Shown here piece by piece: positions 1 through 8,994 of a stretch of 64,000 nucleotides of DNA. This stretch comes from Candidatus Woesearchaeota archaeon (GTDB lineage: Archaea; Nanobdellota; Nanobdellia; Woesearchaeales; 0-14-0-80-44-23), in assembly GCA_038874135.1 (NCBI GenBank), contig JAVZCZ010000001.1:623219-687218 (forward strand), read 5' to 3'. Position 1 is the stretch's first letter. Every line of letters begins with the position of its first letter. The notes under the pieces are model-generated. The model saw only the letters and a program-made list of their open reading frames with translations, had not been told where the DNA came from and did not search any database. A program made the translations under genes and the position numbers.

Positions 1-193
1 TTCCGGGAACCACAACCACTTCATTTTCAGAGGTTAGTCTGTTCAACTTTGAAAGGTTTACAACCTTTTTCTTTCTAGTAGGCACGTTTAAGTCGTCAGC
101 CACTTTTTTCCAGACAGGATTTCCAGCGTAGGAAGCCTGCCTGAGCATTTCTATTGTCCTCTTGTATATCTCATTTTTTGGACGAATCTGCAT
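1..193 (-). CDS. rpl18e: 50S ribosomal protein L18e (partial, C-terminus beyond window start)
   Basis: Reverse-complement translation from the ATG at about 193 gives MQIRPKNEIYKRTIEMLRQASYAGNPVWKKVADDLNVPTRKKKVVNLSKLNRLTSENEVVVVPG. This is L18e-like and sits in the expected place after rpoD in the archaeal S13-S4-S11-RpoD-L18e operon. It is not in the ORF track because it runs off the window. Confidence 0.55.
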   Translation of the reverse strand, partial: MQIRPKNEIYKRTIEMLRQASYAGNPVWKKVADDLNVPTRKKKVVNLSKLNRLTSENEVVVVPG

Positions 194-233
194 TTGAACT
201 ACCTTTTTTTCTTTTTTTATATGCTTACCATGA

Positions 234-319
234 TGCGGGGGACGTGATTTGAACACGCGAACCCACTAAGGGACAAGGCCCTCAACCTTGCGCATTTGAC
301 CAGGCTTTGCTACCCCCGC
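234..319 (-). tRNA. tRNA-Leu (anticodon GAG), long variable arm
   Basis: The reverse complement reads GCGGGGGTAGCAAAGCCTGGTCAAATGCGCAAGGTTGAGGGCCTTGTCCCTTAGTGGGTTCGCGTGTTCAAATCACGTCCCCCGCA. It has a 7-bp acceptor stem GCGGGGG/CCCCCGC, an anticodon stem CAAGG/CCTTG with loop TTGAGGG, a long extra arm and a T-loop TTCAAAT. Confidence 0.7.
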
Positions 320-328
320 ATTGTGAAT

Positions 329-1135
329 TCAATCGTGCTTAGGGAGCCCTTCAACATTTTTTATGAACTCATCAATTTTGGAGTCTAAAATTTTTGAGGA
401 TTCCCTTACGATTTCCTTGCAGGAGAGTTGTCCCCAGCTTTCAATTGTAAATATGAACTCTTTCTCTTTCGGATTTACCCTGACGGCTTTTGGCGCTGCT
501 TCTGAGCATGCCAAGCAGAGTGTGCATTCATTCTCTTTTTGCTTATCAATTGAGAGCATTCCTTTATCGTAGAGGAGTATTTTCTTTGGACAGAGCTTGG
601 CAGCAGTTTCAGCTCCTTCCGCCTTTGGGTTTATTATTTCTATCTCAGGAACAGATCTGTGGTATATAAGGCCAGGGCTCCACTTTGCATGTACTTTTCC
701 AATTCCTAGCACGGCAGTTGCTTCAAGTTCCAGCACTTGCCCTTTAAGGAGCTTTGCGATTATCATCTTGGGATGTACCGGCTTTATGTCCGGATCGCTG
801 GATTTTAACTCAGATGCATAAACATATCCCGGCTCCTTTTTGCTCAGAGTGAATTTTACCTGGCATTTTGGACAGCCCTCGCCTTTGCAAGTGCACTTTT
901 CAGGCAGGTTGTATGTTTTTAGGTCTGTTGTTAATGGTATGAGTCCAAGCCTGTGTGCTATTATTTCGTCATAAAGTCCTGAAGTGTTTTTCAGGAAGTG
1001 CACGTCCTCAATTGCCATTGTTGGAACTTCTTCAGTGCAGATTCTCCTTATAGCGTTTATGAAAGCAGGAGTTACTCCTCTGACTATGAAGCTCATTTTT
1101 CCGTCTTTTTCTTTGCTAAGCTGTTCAACCTTCAT
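329..1135 (-). CDS. rpoD: DNA-directed RNA polymerase subunit D (Rpo3)
   Basis: 282-aa ORF with an Rpo3/RpoD-like sequence and a 4Fe-4S-type Cys cluster (CTCKGEGCPKCQ ... CTLCLACSEAAP). The start is trimmed to the internal MKVEQL so that it overlaps the S11 stop by only 4 nt. Operon position matches. Confidence 0.85.
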   Translation of the reverse strand: MKVEQLSKEKDGKMSFIVRGVTPAFINAIRRICTEEVPTMAIEDVHFLKNTSGLYDEIIAHRLGLIPLTTDLKTYNLPEKCTCKGEGCPKCQVKFTLSKKEPGYVYASELKSSDPDIKPVHPKMIIAKLLKGQVLELEATAVLGIGKVHAKWSPGLIYHRSVPEIEIINPKAEGAETAAKLCPKKILLYDKGMLSIDKQKENECTLCLACSEAAPKAVRVNPKEKEFIFTIESWGQLSCKEIVRESSKILDSKIDEFIKNVEGLPKHD

Positions 1136-1137
1136 TT

Positions 1138-1563
1138 TCAAACCCTTCTTCCCCTTTTTCCTCCCTTCTTTCTGCAACCATCATGAGGTATTGGTGTTAC
1201 GTCTTCTATTATTCCTATTCTGAGCCCCATTCTTGAAAGAGCTCTTACTGCCGCCTGCGCTCCCGGTCCTGGACTGTTGGGCCCGTTGTGGCCTCCAGGC
1301 GCTTTTATCTTAACATTAATTGCAGTTATTCCTTTTTCCATGGCGATTTCAGCAGCTTTCTTAGCAGCCATCATGGCTGCAGTTGGGCTTCCCTCTAATC
1401 TGTCTGCCTTGACCATCATTCCGCCTGAAACACGCGCTATGCTCTCGCTCCCGGTTATGTCTGTTATGTGTATTATCGTATTGTTGTATGAGGAGTATAT
1501 GTGTGCAATTCCCCACTTGATTTTTCTTTCGCTGCTCCTCTTTTCAGGAGTGTTTTCGCTCAT
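1138..1563 (-). CDS. rps11: 30S ribosomal protein S11
   Basis: 141 aa with S11 family sequence ([21 protein letters not shown] ... [22 protein letters not shown]). Confidence 0.9.
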   Translation of the reverse strand: MSENTPEKRSSERKIKWGIAHIYSSYNNTIIHITDITGSESIARVSGGMMVKADRLEGSPTAAMMAAKKAAEIAMEKGITAINVKIKAPGGHNGPNSPGPGAQAAVRALSRMGLRIGIIEDVTPIPHDGCRKKGGKRGRRV

Positions 1564-2129
1564 TTTTTCTCACCGCTGTTCTTTGGAGCTTCCTTCTTTT
1601 TTTCCCCTTTTTTCTGAACATTTCTTTCCGGATGGTCTGGAGAGGCAAATTTTGAGTCCGGTGATATGGTCACCAGCTCCTCTTCTACTCTTGATACGAG
1701 ATACCCCGGCGAGGATATCTTTCTTTCACCAACCAATATGTGCCCGTGAGTTATCATCTGCCTAGCTTTTTTTGGAGTATTTGCGAATCCCTTTCTGTAA
1801 ACTATTGATTGAAGTCGCCTGTCAAGTATCTTATCTAGCGTTAATGCTAAAGCATCGTCCAGCTGCGGGTTGGGATTTTGTGTAAATCCCATCTCATAAA
1901 GCTTTTTGAGCATTATTGCTCTCTCCTTTTCTGCCTGAATGTTTTTAGCAACTATGAGCTTCTTAGCCTGTTCTGTAAACTTCCTTAGTACTGCTTCCAT
2001 TTTCCTAATTTCACGCTTATTCTTCAGCCCATAATTCTTTATCAGTGCCTTCTCAGCCTCTATCCTTTCCGCTTGCCACGGATGAATTGGATTCTTGTAT
2101 TTCTTTCTAAGTCTTCTCGGATCTCCCAT
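1560..2129 (-). CDS. rps4: 30S ribosomal protein S4
   Basis: 189 aa with an S4-like N-terminus [18 protein letters not shown] and an S4 RNA-binding domain. It overlaps S11 by 4 nt. Confidence 0.9.
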   Translation of the reverse strand: MGDPRRLRKKYKNPIHPWQAERIEAEKALIKNYGLKNKREIRKMEAVLRKFTEQAKKLIVAKNIQAEKERAIMLKKLYEMGFTQNPNPQLDDALALTLDKILDRRLQSIVYRKGFANTPKKARQMITHGHILVGERKISSPGYLVSRVEEELVTISPDSKFASPDHPERNVQKKGEKKKEAPKNSGEKK

Positions 2130-2145
2130 TTTTTATTCACCACAA

Positions 2146-2661
2146 CTACTTCTTTTCCTTCTCTGCAACAGCAGCCTTCGCCGCTTTTGATTTTATGACG
2201 CCAACAACTTTTCCTTTGTTCTTTCTGAAGTGGGATTTAGTGCGCTGTCCCCTAACCGTTAATCCAAGAGGAAGCCTTTGACCCCTGTAGGTTTTTATCA
2301 TTCTAAGGCGTTTTATATCATTCTCCTGAACATACTTGAGGTCGTTTCCGATCAGGTGCATGTCCTCTCCGCTTTCATAATCTTTTCTCCTGTTGAAAAG
2401 CCAAGATGGAATGCCGTACCTTGCAGGACTCCTTATTGAATCATCAATCTTTTTGAGCTGCTCATCTGAAAGTGTTCCAATCTGTGCGTATGGGTCCACG
2501 CCAGCCACTTGGCATACTGCGTTTATCATCATAAAGCTTAGGCCCTTTATCTTCCTAAGCCCATTAACTACCTTCTTGTTTCCATTTATGTCCGTGTTTG
2601 CAATTCTTACGATGTGCTTGAAGTTTTCCTGATGCTTTTGCTCTTTTTCCATTTTAACCAT
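2146..2661 (-). CDS. rps13: 30S ribosomal protein S13
   Basis: 171 aa with S13 family sequence (HIVRIANTDINGNKKVVNGLRKIKGL ...) and a basic C-terminus. Confidence 0.9.
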   Translation of the reverse strand: MVKMEKEQKHQENFKHIVRIANTDINGNKKVVNGLRKIKGLSFMMINAVCQVAGVDPYAQIGTLSDEQLKKIDDSIRSPARYGIPSWLFNRRKDYESGEDMHLIGNDLKYVQENDIKRLRMIKTYRGQRLPLGLTVRGQRTKSHFRKNKGKVVGVIKSKAAKAAVAEKEKK

Positions 2662-2754
2662 GCCAAAACCGGTTTAACATCCAGAGAACATTTAAAACCC
2701 TAAACGCGCTCTAGATGAACTCGGGCTTTTAAGAATGGGAAAAAGAAGCCATAT

Positions 2755-3111
2755 TTAAATCTTTCTGAGACGCCGACTCTCCTTCTGCTCTTTAAGATAA
2801 GGATGCCTCTTAATATTTCCGCAGTTTAGGCAGAAGTAACTGATTCGGCCTTTTCTAAGCCGCACCCTTAAGTTCCTTCCAGGTATTAATGGGGAGTAGC
2901 ACTTCTTGCAAAATTTTCCTTTTAGTTCAGTTGGAATTTTTACCTTGTATTTTTGAGATATTCTTAATGCAAGAGCAACATATCTTCTGGCTAGAGCAGG
3001 ATTCTTTTCTGATAGAGAAAGCGTGAGAAGTTCGCTTATCTGCCTTTTCGCATTTTCTCTCACTCCTAAAGGCTTCTCCTTCCACTGCTGCTTGGTGCGA
3101 ACTTCTTCCAT
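2755..3111 (-). CDS. rnp4: RNase P protein component 4 (Rpp21/Rpr2 family zinc ribbon)
   Basis: 118 aa, basic, with a CKKC...CLNC zinc-ribbon at the C-terminus and the typical Rpr2 architecture. The RNase P RNA is also present in this window at about 44.3 kb. Confidence 0.65.
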   Translation of the reverse strand: MEEVRTKQQWKEKPLGVRENAKRQISELLTLSLSEKNPALARRYVALALRISQKYKVKIPTELKGKFCKKCYSPLIPGRNLRVRLRKGRISYFCLNCGNIKRHPYLKEQKESRRLRKI

Positions 3112-3162
3112 TTAATTCTGAAAAAGAAGTAGTATATAAAAAGGTTAAAGAAATATCTCGGC

Positions 3163-3417
3163 CTATTTTCTTATCTTGCAGCAAATCTTGTCAGCACCGC
3201 AGCTCTGTGTTCCTGAAGGAATTTCTATGCTTCCATCAGTAATTTTGCAATTATCAGCAGCTGTACAAGTTCCGCCTAAGTCTTGGCAGTTGCTTGTTCC
3301 CCTTGCAAATATGCTTAGCTTCCCAGTGAAGATTGCAAACAACACTACTAAAACTACGAGCGCTATTATTGCTATTATTATCACATTCACGGATAGTTCT
3401 ACTCCTCTCCTCTTCAT
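3163..3417 (-). CDS. Small pilin-like (class III signal peptide) protein with a six-cysteine beta-defensin-like C-terminal domain
   Basis: 84 aa. The N-terminus MKRRGVELSVNVIIIAIIALVVLVVLFAIF is basic, then G, then a long hydrophobic helix. The C-terminus reads CQDLGGTCTAADNCKITDGSIEIPSGTQSCGADKICCKIRK, with spacing C-x6-C-x5-C-x15-C-x5-CC. Confidence 0.6.
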   Translation of the reverse strand: MKRRGVELSVNVIIIAIIALVVLVVLFAIFTGKLSIFARGTSNCQDLGGTCTAADNCKITDGSIEIPSGTQSCGADKICCKIRK

Positions 3418-3426
3418 TTTTTCACC

Positions 3427-3684
3427 TCACGGATTTTTTCCTGGTAAGCAGCAAACTTCTCCATTGTTACTGCACTTGGCAGATGGAAAGGGCGTTTCAT
3501 CCATCTCGCACAGTCCTTGTCTGCAAATTCCTCCTTTTTTAGTGCAATCGCCCTGAAATCTTTCAGTATTCTCTCCCATAACATTAGTAAATATGAGTAT
3601 TACAACTCCCAGAACGACAAGTGCTATTATCGCAATTATTACCACATTTATAGATAGTTCAACTCCCCTCCTTTCTTTCATCAT
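3427..3684 (-). CDS. Paralogous pilin-like protein with a six-cysteine defensin-like domain
   Basis: 85 aa. The N-terminus MMKERRGVELSINVVIIAIIALVVLGVVILIF is nearly identical to that of the adjacent gene. The C-terminus reads CTKKGGICRQGLCEMDETPFPSAKCSNNGEVCC, with spacing C-x6-C-x4-C-x11-C-x6-CC. Confidence 0.6.
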   Translation of the reverse strand: MMKERRGVELSINVVIIAIIALVVLGVVILIFTNVMGENTERFQGDCTKKGGICRQGLCEMDETPFPSAKCSNNGEVCCLPGKNP

Positions 3685-3789
3685 CTCGCTCTTATTTTTT
3701 TCTCTATTTAAATCTTTCCTTAGCTTTTGATTTTCCTGTATAAAAAAATATATAAAGCATTGTAGTTTCTATTTTGCTCGGGAAAGACT

Positions 3790-4764
3790 ATGGAGAGCTC
3801 CATCTGGACTGAGAAGTATAGGCCCGAAGACTTTTCTGATATAATAGGGCAGGATGAAGTTGTCAGGAGGGTTAAGGCTTTTGTCAAGAGTGGCAACATG
3901 CCCCACCTAATGTTTGCAGGCCCGGCTGGCACTGGAAAAACTTCTCTGGCAATTGTTATTGCTAAGAAGCTTTTTTCTGAAAGCTGGAGGGAGAACTTTC
4001 TTGAGCTGAACGCTTCTGACGAGAGGGGCATAGATGTTATAAGGGAGAATGTCAAGAACTTTGCGAGGACCAAGACTATAGGGGACGCCCCTTTTAAGAT
4101 TATCTACCTTGATGAGAGTGATGCTCTCACCAGAGAGGCTCAGCAGGCTCTCAGGAGAACCATGGAGAATTATACTAGAACATGCAGGTTTATTCTCTCA
4201 TGTAATTATTCTTCAAAGATAATTGAGCCTATACAGTCTAGGTGTGCTGTTTTCAGGTTTCAACGCCTGAGCAAGGAGGACATATTCAAAATTATAGAGA
4301 GGATTGCAAAATCAGAGAACCTTGTCGTTGAGAAGGATGCAATGGAGGCGCTCTACTCTGCGTCTCAGGGCGATTGCAGAAAGCTTGAGAATATAATGCA
4401 GAGCTGCGCAGCACTCTCTTCAAAAATAACAGAAAAGGCAGTTTACGATGTTGCAGCTTATGCCAGACCTGCCGAGCTGAAGCATGTTCTTGAAATTGCC
4501 ATTTCAGGAAGGTTTGAGGAATCAAGGAACAAGCTTTTTGAGATCATGTCCAGCCATGGGCTTTCCGGATTGGACATCCTTGGGCAGATGCAGTCTGAAA
4601 TTCTGAAGCTCACTATTGATAATAGGGCAAAGATGTGGCTGATTGAAAAAGTTGGAGAGATAGAATTTAGAATAGTTGAGGGGTCTGACGAGAAAGTTCA
4701 ATTAGAAGCCCTTCTTGCTTCATTCTGCCTGGCAGGACATTCAAAAAAAGAATCTGAGAAGTAG
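3790..4764 (+). CDS. rfcS: Replication factor C small subunit
   Basis: 324 aa with a Walker A GPAGTGKTS, the DEAD-like motif IIYLDESDAL, the SRC motif QSRCAVFRF and an RFC clamp-loader fold. Confidence 0.9.
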   Translation: MESSIWTEKYRPEDFSDIIGQDEVVRRVKAFVKSGNMPHLMFAGPAGTGKTSLAIVIAKKLFSESWRENFLELNASDERGIDVIRENVKNFARTKTIGDAPFKIIYLDESDALTREAQQALRRTMENYTRTCRFILSCNYSSKIIEPIQSRCAVFRFQRLSKEDIFKIIERIAKSENLVVEKDAMEALYSASQGDCRKLENIMQSCAALSSKITEKAVYDVAAYARPAELKHVLEIAISGRFEESRNKLFEIMSSHGLSGLDILGQMQSEILKLTIDNRAKMWLIEKVGEIEFRIVEGSDEKVQLEALLASFCLAGHSKKESEK

Positions 4765-4769
4765 CTAAA

Positions 4770-6134
4770 ATGCTTTCAAAAAAAGGCGCTCCAAAAAAGA
4801 CAGGCACTCAATCTGCCGAAAGAAGCCCTTCTAGGATTAATGCGAAGGCTGAAGCATCTTCTTCCTATGGCGAATCAGAACAGGCTTTGAAACAAAATTC
4901 AACTGTTGACAAGCTGGAGTATGTAGCCATGAGGGAGCGGCTTATTGAAGCGTCTAGAATAATAAGGCGTCTCTCCTCAGAAAATGAAGCCTTAAAAAAC
5001 CGTCTTGCTCAATTAGTTGAGGAGCAGGCGCAGAAGCCAGTTCCAAACGAGGAGCTCTTATCTGCTCTTGAAAAGCGCTCTGCAGAAGTGCTGCAGCTTA
5101 AGTCCCAACTTTTAAATGAGCTTAAATATAGAGACTCTGCAGCTGAGCAGATTAGGGCCTTAGAATCGCAGATTTCGCACCTTAACAGCACAATTCTGAC
5201 TCTTACAGAGGCGCTTAAAAATAGGGATTCTGTAGAGGAAGCAATGAGTTCTCAGCTTTTAGATTTGAAACAGCAGCTGGCAGATCGTGACCAAATAATA
5301 AGGGAACTGAGAAGTCACTTTCACGAGCGAAACAAGATTGAAGAACAGCTCATTTCAGATATAGGTGCACTGAAAAAAAATCTTGCCGAGAAAAATTCCA
5401 CAATAGAAGAGCTTCTAAGAACAAACAAGTCCCTAGTTGAGATGAACAGAAGCACTGACGAGCTTGCAAGAAAAAAGGAAAAAGAGCTTGAGTTGGCATT
5501 AAAGCAGATTGATTCAATGAAGGAGCAGATAGAAAACCTCAATTCACAAATTAGAAGCCAGCAGGAAGAACATAAAAAGACGCTTGAAGATGTCAAAAGG
5601 GCGTTTGAGCTTGAGAGGAAAATGCTTCTTGAGGAGTTTTCAGAGAAAGAGGCAACACTCAGGTCCAGAATTTCCGAGATGGAAGCAGCTATGACAGATA
5701 TGAAAAAGACAATAGAATTAAGAAATTCCGAAATTTCTTCAATGGCAGCTGCACTTAATCAGCAAGTTTCAATGCTTTCCCAGCTCTCGCAGATGCCAAA
5801 GAGCGTTACAGAAAGGGTTGAAGAACTTAAGCAGCCGATCCTTCAAAAAAATTCAAGAGCAAAACCTAAGGAAAGGTTAAAAATTGAAGAGAGAAAGGAA
5901 GTTTTACGCATTCCAGAACCTCCAGCTCAGATACGAGATTCTAATAAGACCGTTAGCGCTTATGATAATATTAGTGAGGAGCGCCTAGAAGAGATACGCG
6001 CCGCTCTAGAAATAGCTGCGATGCGCAAGGAGCCTTTGGCTAGAACAAAAAAATCTCTTCTCAGCTCAGGCTACTCTGAAGCAGAGATAGACTTGGCATT
6101 ATCACAGGTTAACAAAGAAAAAGAAAGGCAGTAA
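4770..6134 (+). CDS. Long coiled-coil protein of unknown function
   Basis: 454 aa, very rich in E, K, L and Q heptad-like repeats. It begins 6 nt after the rfcS stop, which suggests translational coupling. Confidence 0.55.
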   Translation: MLSKKGAPKKTGTQSAERSPSRINAKAEASSSYGESEQALKQNSTVDKLEYVAMRERLIEASRIIRRLSSENEALKNRLAQLVEEQAQKPVPNEELLSALEKRSAEVLQLKSQLLNELKYRDSAAEQIRALESQISHLNSTILTLTEALKNRDSVEEAMSSQLLDLKQQLADRDQIIRELRSHFHERNKIEEQLISDIGALKKNLAEKNSTIEELLRTNKSLVEMNRSTDELARKKEKELELALKQIDSMKEQIENLNSQIRSQQEEHKKTLEDVKRAFELERKMLLEEFSEKEATLRSRISEMEAAMTDMKKTIELRNSEISSMAAALNQQVSMLSQLSQMPKSVTERVEELKQPILQKNSRAKPKERLKIEERKEVLRIPEPPAQIRDSNKTVSAYDNISEERLEEIRAALEIAAMRKEPLARTKKSLLSSGYSEAEIDLALSQVNKEKERQ

Positions 6135-6141
6135 GAAAGGT

Positions 6142-7083
6142 TTAACAGCTCTTCTTTACAACTATCGGCTGTATCTTATATGAGAGGTAGTCATATGTTA
6201 GTGTTATGGTTACATCCTTCTGATAATCCACCCTTCCCTGCCCAGTTGGAACTTTTTGTATGCAATTAACTATTGCCTTTCCAGCTCCCTTGTCACTGCT
6301 AAGCGTTATGAATCCTGAAGTGTCCGAGCCATCCCTTAAACCAGTGCATCTCAGCCCAGGTATGCCGCTCTCAATTGTGAATAACACCCTATTCCTATTG
6401 GCAAAAGTGTCTAAACATCCGGAATCCTGCTTAAAGACATTGCCGTTCCCCTTATGCTCTACAGTTATTTCAAACCTCACCTGATCTGTACCGGCTACGC
6501 TCTCAACAAAAGAGGTAACCTGTATTGGAGCACCGGAATTGGCCACCTGCTTTGCCCCATCTATAGTGCAGGCACCCTTGCTTGTGTCCCTGAGGTTGCT
6601 TTTTATGCACGCCTGCGCGATTGCTGTTGTCTTATAGTTGTAACATATTTCAGCTCTTAGTGTTGGATATTTTATGTCGCCCAGCACGTTTCCTCTGTAA
6701 GCAAGATTTGGAAATTCCACCTGAACTGGGATGGACGGCTGATTAACCTTTTTTCCTATTAAATCTTCAGGGGGGTGCTTACTGAATTCAGCTGGCGAAT
6801 ATCCAAACTGTTCTGGCATTATGCCCGTTATTGTAACTAGAGCCTTATCTTTAGGAACGTCGTACTCTCCATCATTATTGAGTTCAACTATTATATCAAA
6901 CTGGTTAGTACTACCAGCGCAGGAGTCAAACACCTCTGCAGGCGGCGACTCAGGAGCAAAGTTAATCAGCACCCCGTTTGTTCCTCCCGCAAAGGTTCTT
7001 GTTGTTGAACTGGTGTTCTCAGTGCATCCTAAAGACATTAGGATTCCTAAAATTAAGATTCCAAAGAGTATTTCTCTCTTCAT
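6142..7083 (-). CDS. Secreted/lipoprotein-like protein, paralog family member 3
   Basis: 313 aa with an N-terminal signal and lipobox-like LGC. It shares the motif block A.ICYNYKTTAIAQACI and the C-terminal LTYDYLSYKI with the two upstream genes. Confidence 0.55.
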   Translation of the reverse strand: MKREILFGILILGILMSLGCTENTSSTTRTFAGGTNGVLINFAPESPPAEVFDSCAGSTNQFDIIVELNNDGEYDVPKDKALVTITGIMPEQFGYSPAEFSKHPPEDLIGKKVNQPSIPVQVEFPNLAYRGNVLGDIKYPTLRAEICYNYKTTAIAQACIKSNLRDTSKGACTIDGAKQVANSGAPIQVTSFVESVAGTDQVRFEITVEHKGNGNVFKQDSGCLDTFANRNRVLFTIESGIPGLRCTGLRDGSDTSGFITLSSDKGAGKAIVNCIQKVPTGQGRVDYQKDVTITLTYDYLSYKIQPIVVKKSC

Positions 7084-7092
7084 TTTTAACCC

Positions 7093-7998
7093 TCACAATC
7101 TTATTAGCTTGACATTTTTAACAGTTGAATATTTATAGCCATATTCCAGTGTAAGCTGGACGTTTGTAGTGTAAGCGCTCTGAGAGCTGCTCAGCCCAGA
7201 AACCTTGCATACAACTATGCCCTCCCCATTCACCAGTCTTACATCGCTCGGAGTGCAACTCATCTGACGGTCTGATAGGCTTCCAGACACCTTAACAAGG
7301 TTCTGCTTGCTCAGGTCAGCAGACATGCAGGTTCCAGTGCTGTCAGAAGATATTACTTCGCCTCCTCCAACATTCTTTATTGTAAAAGTGAATATTACAT
7401 TTCCAACTCCTGATTCCTGCTGTATTGAAGTTACAGAAACTGGACCACCCTGACCTCCTGACATTGAAATTGACCTAGCAGGCTTGCACGCCTTTGTGCC
7501 CGGCTTAGACGGGTTTGGGTCTATGCACACTGTTGTTCCTGCAATTGTCTTATACTTGTAGCAGGCAGTTGCCATAAGGGGGATTTCTATAAAGTCAACT
7601 CCAGAGGGCATTCTAAATTCAAAGTTTCCCACCTCTACATACTCTAAAGAGCCTGAAGGATTTTTGGATTCTTCTTTACCTTCCAGCCTTTTAACGCTTA
7701 CTGTGCTTGGCAGTGGCAATATGTTTGGATCGTAACCGCTAAGGTATATTGTTGCTCCATCGCAGCTTTCCGCCCCCAAGTTTCTTACTTCAATGCTTAC
7801 TGCCACTCTATTGTCACCCCCTTGGCTGTAGTGTAAACTCTCAGGTGGGCTGCTCTCTGCGAAGTTTATTTCAACTCCTTTTGTTCCAGTGCGATAGTTA
7901 GTAGTGCTCTTGCTTGAAGGGCCGCACCCATAAGCCAGAATCAAGAGAAATAGCGTTGCAAAGATTGCTGAATTTTTTAAAACCTTGTTTGCTCTCAT
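7093..7998 (-). CDS. Secreted/lipoprotein-like protein, paralog family member 2
   Basis: 301 aa with signal peptide plus YGCG. It carries the motif ATACYKYKTIAGTTVCIDPNPSKPGTKAC and the C-terminal LTLEYGYKYS. Confidence 0.55.
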   Translation of the reverse strand: MRANKVLKNSAIFATLFLLILAYGCGPSSKSTTNYRTGTKGVEINFAESSPPESLHYSQGGDNRVAVSIEVRNLGAESCDGATIYLSGYDPNILPLPSTVSVKRLEGKEESKNPSGSLEYVEVGNFEFRMPSGVDFIEIPLMATACYKYKTIAGTTVCIDPNPSKPGTKACKPARSISMSGGQGGPVSVTSIQQESGVGNVIFTFTIKNVGGGEVISSDSTGTCMSADLSKQNLVKVSGSLSDRQMSCTPSDVRLVNGEGIVVCKVSGLSSSQSAYTTNVQLTLEYGYKYSTVKNVKLIRL

Positions 7999-8052
7999 TT
8001 TTCTTCACTCTCCAATAGCGTTTAATTATATAAAGTTTTCTTTAATCTTTTC

Positions 8053-8994
8053 CTATCCTGGCAGTTTTTTAATTATCACTTCTTTAGTTGCAATCTGTAC
8101 ATAGCCGTAGCTAACATTTATTAACAACGGGCTTACATAGGAGCCGTCGCTAACCTTTAAGATTCCAGTTTCGCAGGTTACAATGTCTTCAGAATTCTGC
8201 GAGAGGTCTGCATAGTTTCGCTTTCCGCAGTTCAACTCTTTATCCCCAAGCTTGGCGCTGACATATGCCCTTCCAAAGTATGCTGAAGGAGCGCCCGTCA
8301 CCTTGGTGTTAGAGCATAAGACTTCCCACTTTCCTTTATCTACTACAATTCCATCCCCTACATTTCTTATCTTTATTGTGAATACCATTTTTACTTCGCT
8401 CTCGCTTTGAAATAATTTTGCGGCGTCTATCTCGCTAATTACAATCGGCGCTCCCTGACTGGAGAGTGTTGTTTTCTCTCTGAATGTGCACGGCTTTCTT
8501 CCACCTTCATATATCGAGGTATCAACACAGAAGGAGGTTGTAGCAATTGTGTAATAAGGGTAACATGCAGTTGCAGTTATTTCAGTGTTTATTTCGTTGA
8601 GGCCCAACTCTTCAGGAGCGCTTAGCATAAATATTTTAAAACTTCTTCCACCAATAAATGTTCTAGTGTCTTCCCTGCCGGGAATTTTAAATCTAAAAAA
8701 GTCATCATTTTTTATCATCTTTTCTGTCGGAAATTCAGGAGCATTTATTATGAGCACTCCATCTAAGGCAACAGCACCCGCGTTTTCCAACATTATACCT
8801 ACTGGGAATTCCGTGCCTGCATATACAATGTCTGGAGGTGAATTTTTCATGAATGAAATTCTCAAAGCTTCTGTCCCGCTATGGGCATTGAATGGTAAGG
8901 CTCCAGGCGAGTAGGTGCATCCCGAAATTATAACTAACAATATCACGATCGGAGTAGCCGTCTTAATGATTTTAAGCTCTGCAGCCCTAAACAT
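8053..8994 (-). CDS. Secreted/lipoprotein-like protein, paralog family member 1
   Basis: 313 aa with signal peptide plus ISGCTY. It carries the motif ATACYPYYTIATTSFCVD and the C-terminal NVSYGYVQIATKEV. Confidence 0.55.
   Translation of the reverse strand: MFRAAELKIIKTATPIVILLVIISGCTYSPGALPFNAHSGTEALRISFMKNSPPDIVYAGTEFPVGIMLENAGAVALDGVLIINAPEFPTEKMIKNDDFFRFKIPGREDTRTFIGGRSFKIFMLSAPEELGLNEINTEITATACYPYYTIATTSFCVDTSIYEGGRKPCTFREKTTLSSQGAPIVISEIDAAKLFQSESEVKMVFTIKIRNVGDGIVVDKGKWEVLCSNTKVTGAPSAYFGRAYVSAKLGDKELNCGKRNYADLSQNSEDIVTCETGILKVSDGSYVSPLLINVSYGYVQIATKEVIIKKLPG

Noticed and set aside
363-1223. Several short plus-strand ORFs (363-572, 597-821, 984-1223, 998-1186).
   Set aside because: They are antisense to rpoD and rps11, which are strongly supported.
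3720-4073. 117-aa minus-strand ORF overlapping the rfcS start.
   Set aside because: It is antisense to the well-supported RfcS N-terminus (Walker A region) and has no recognisable features.
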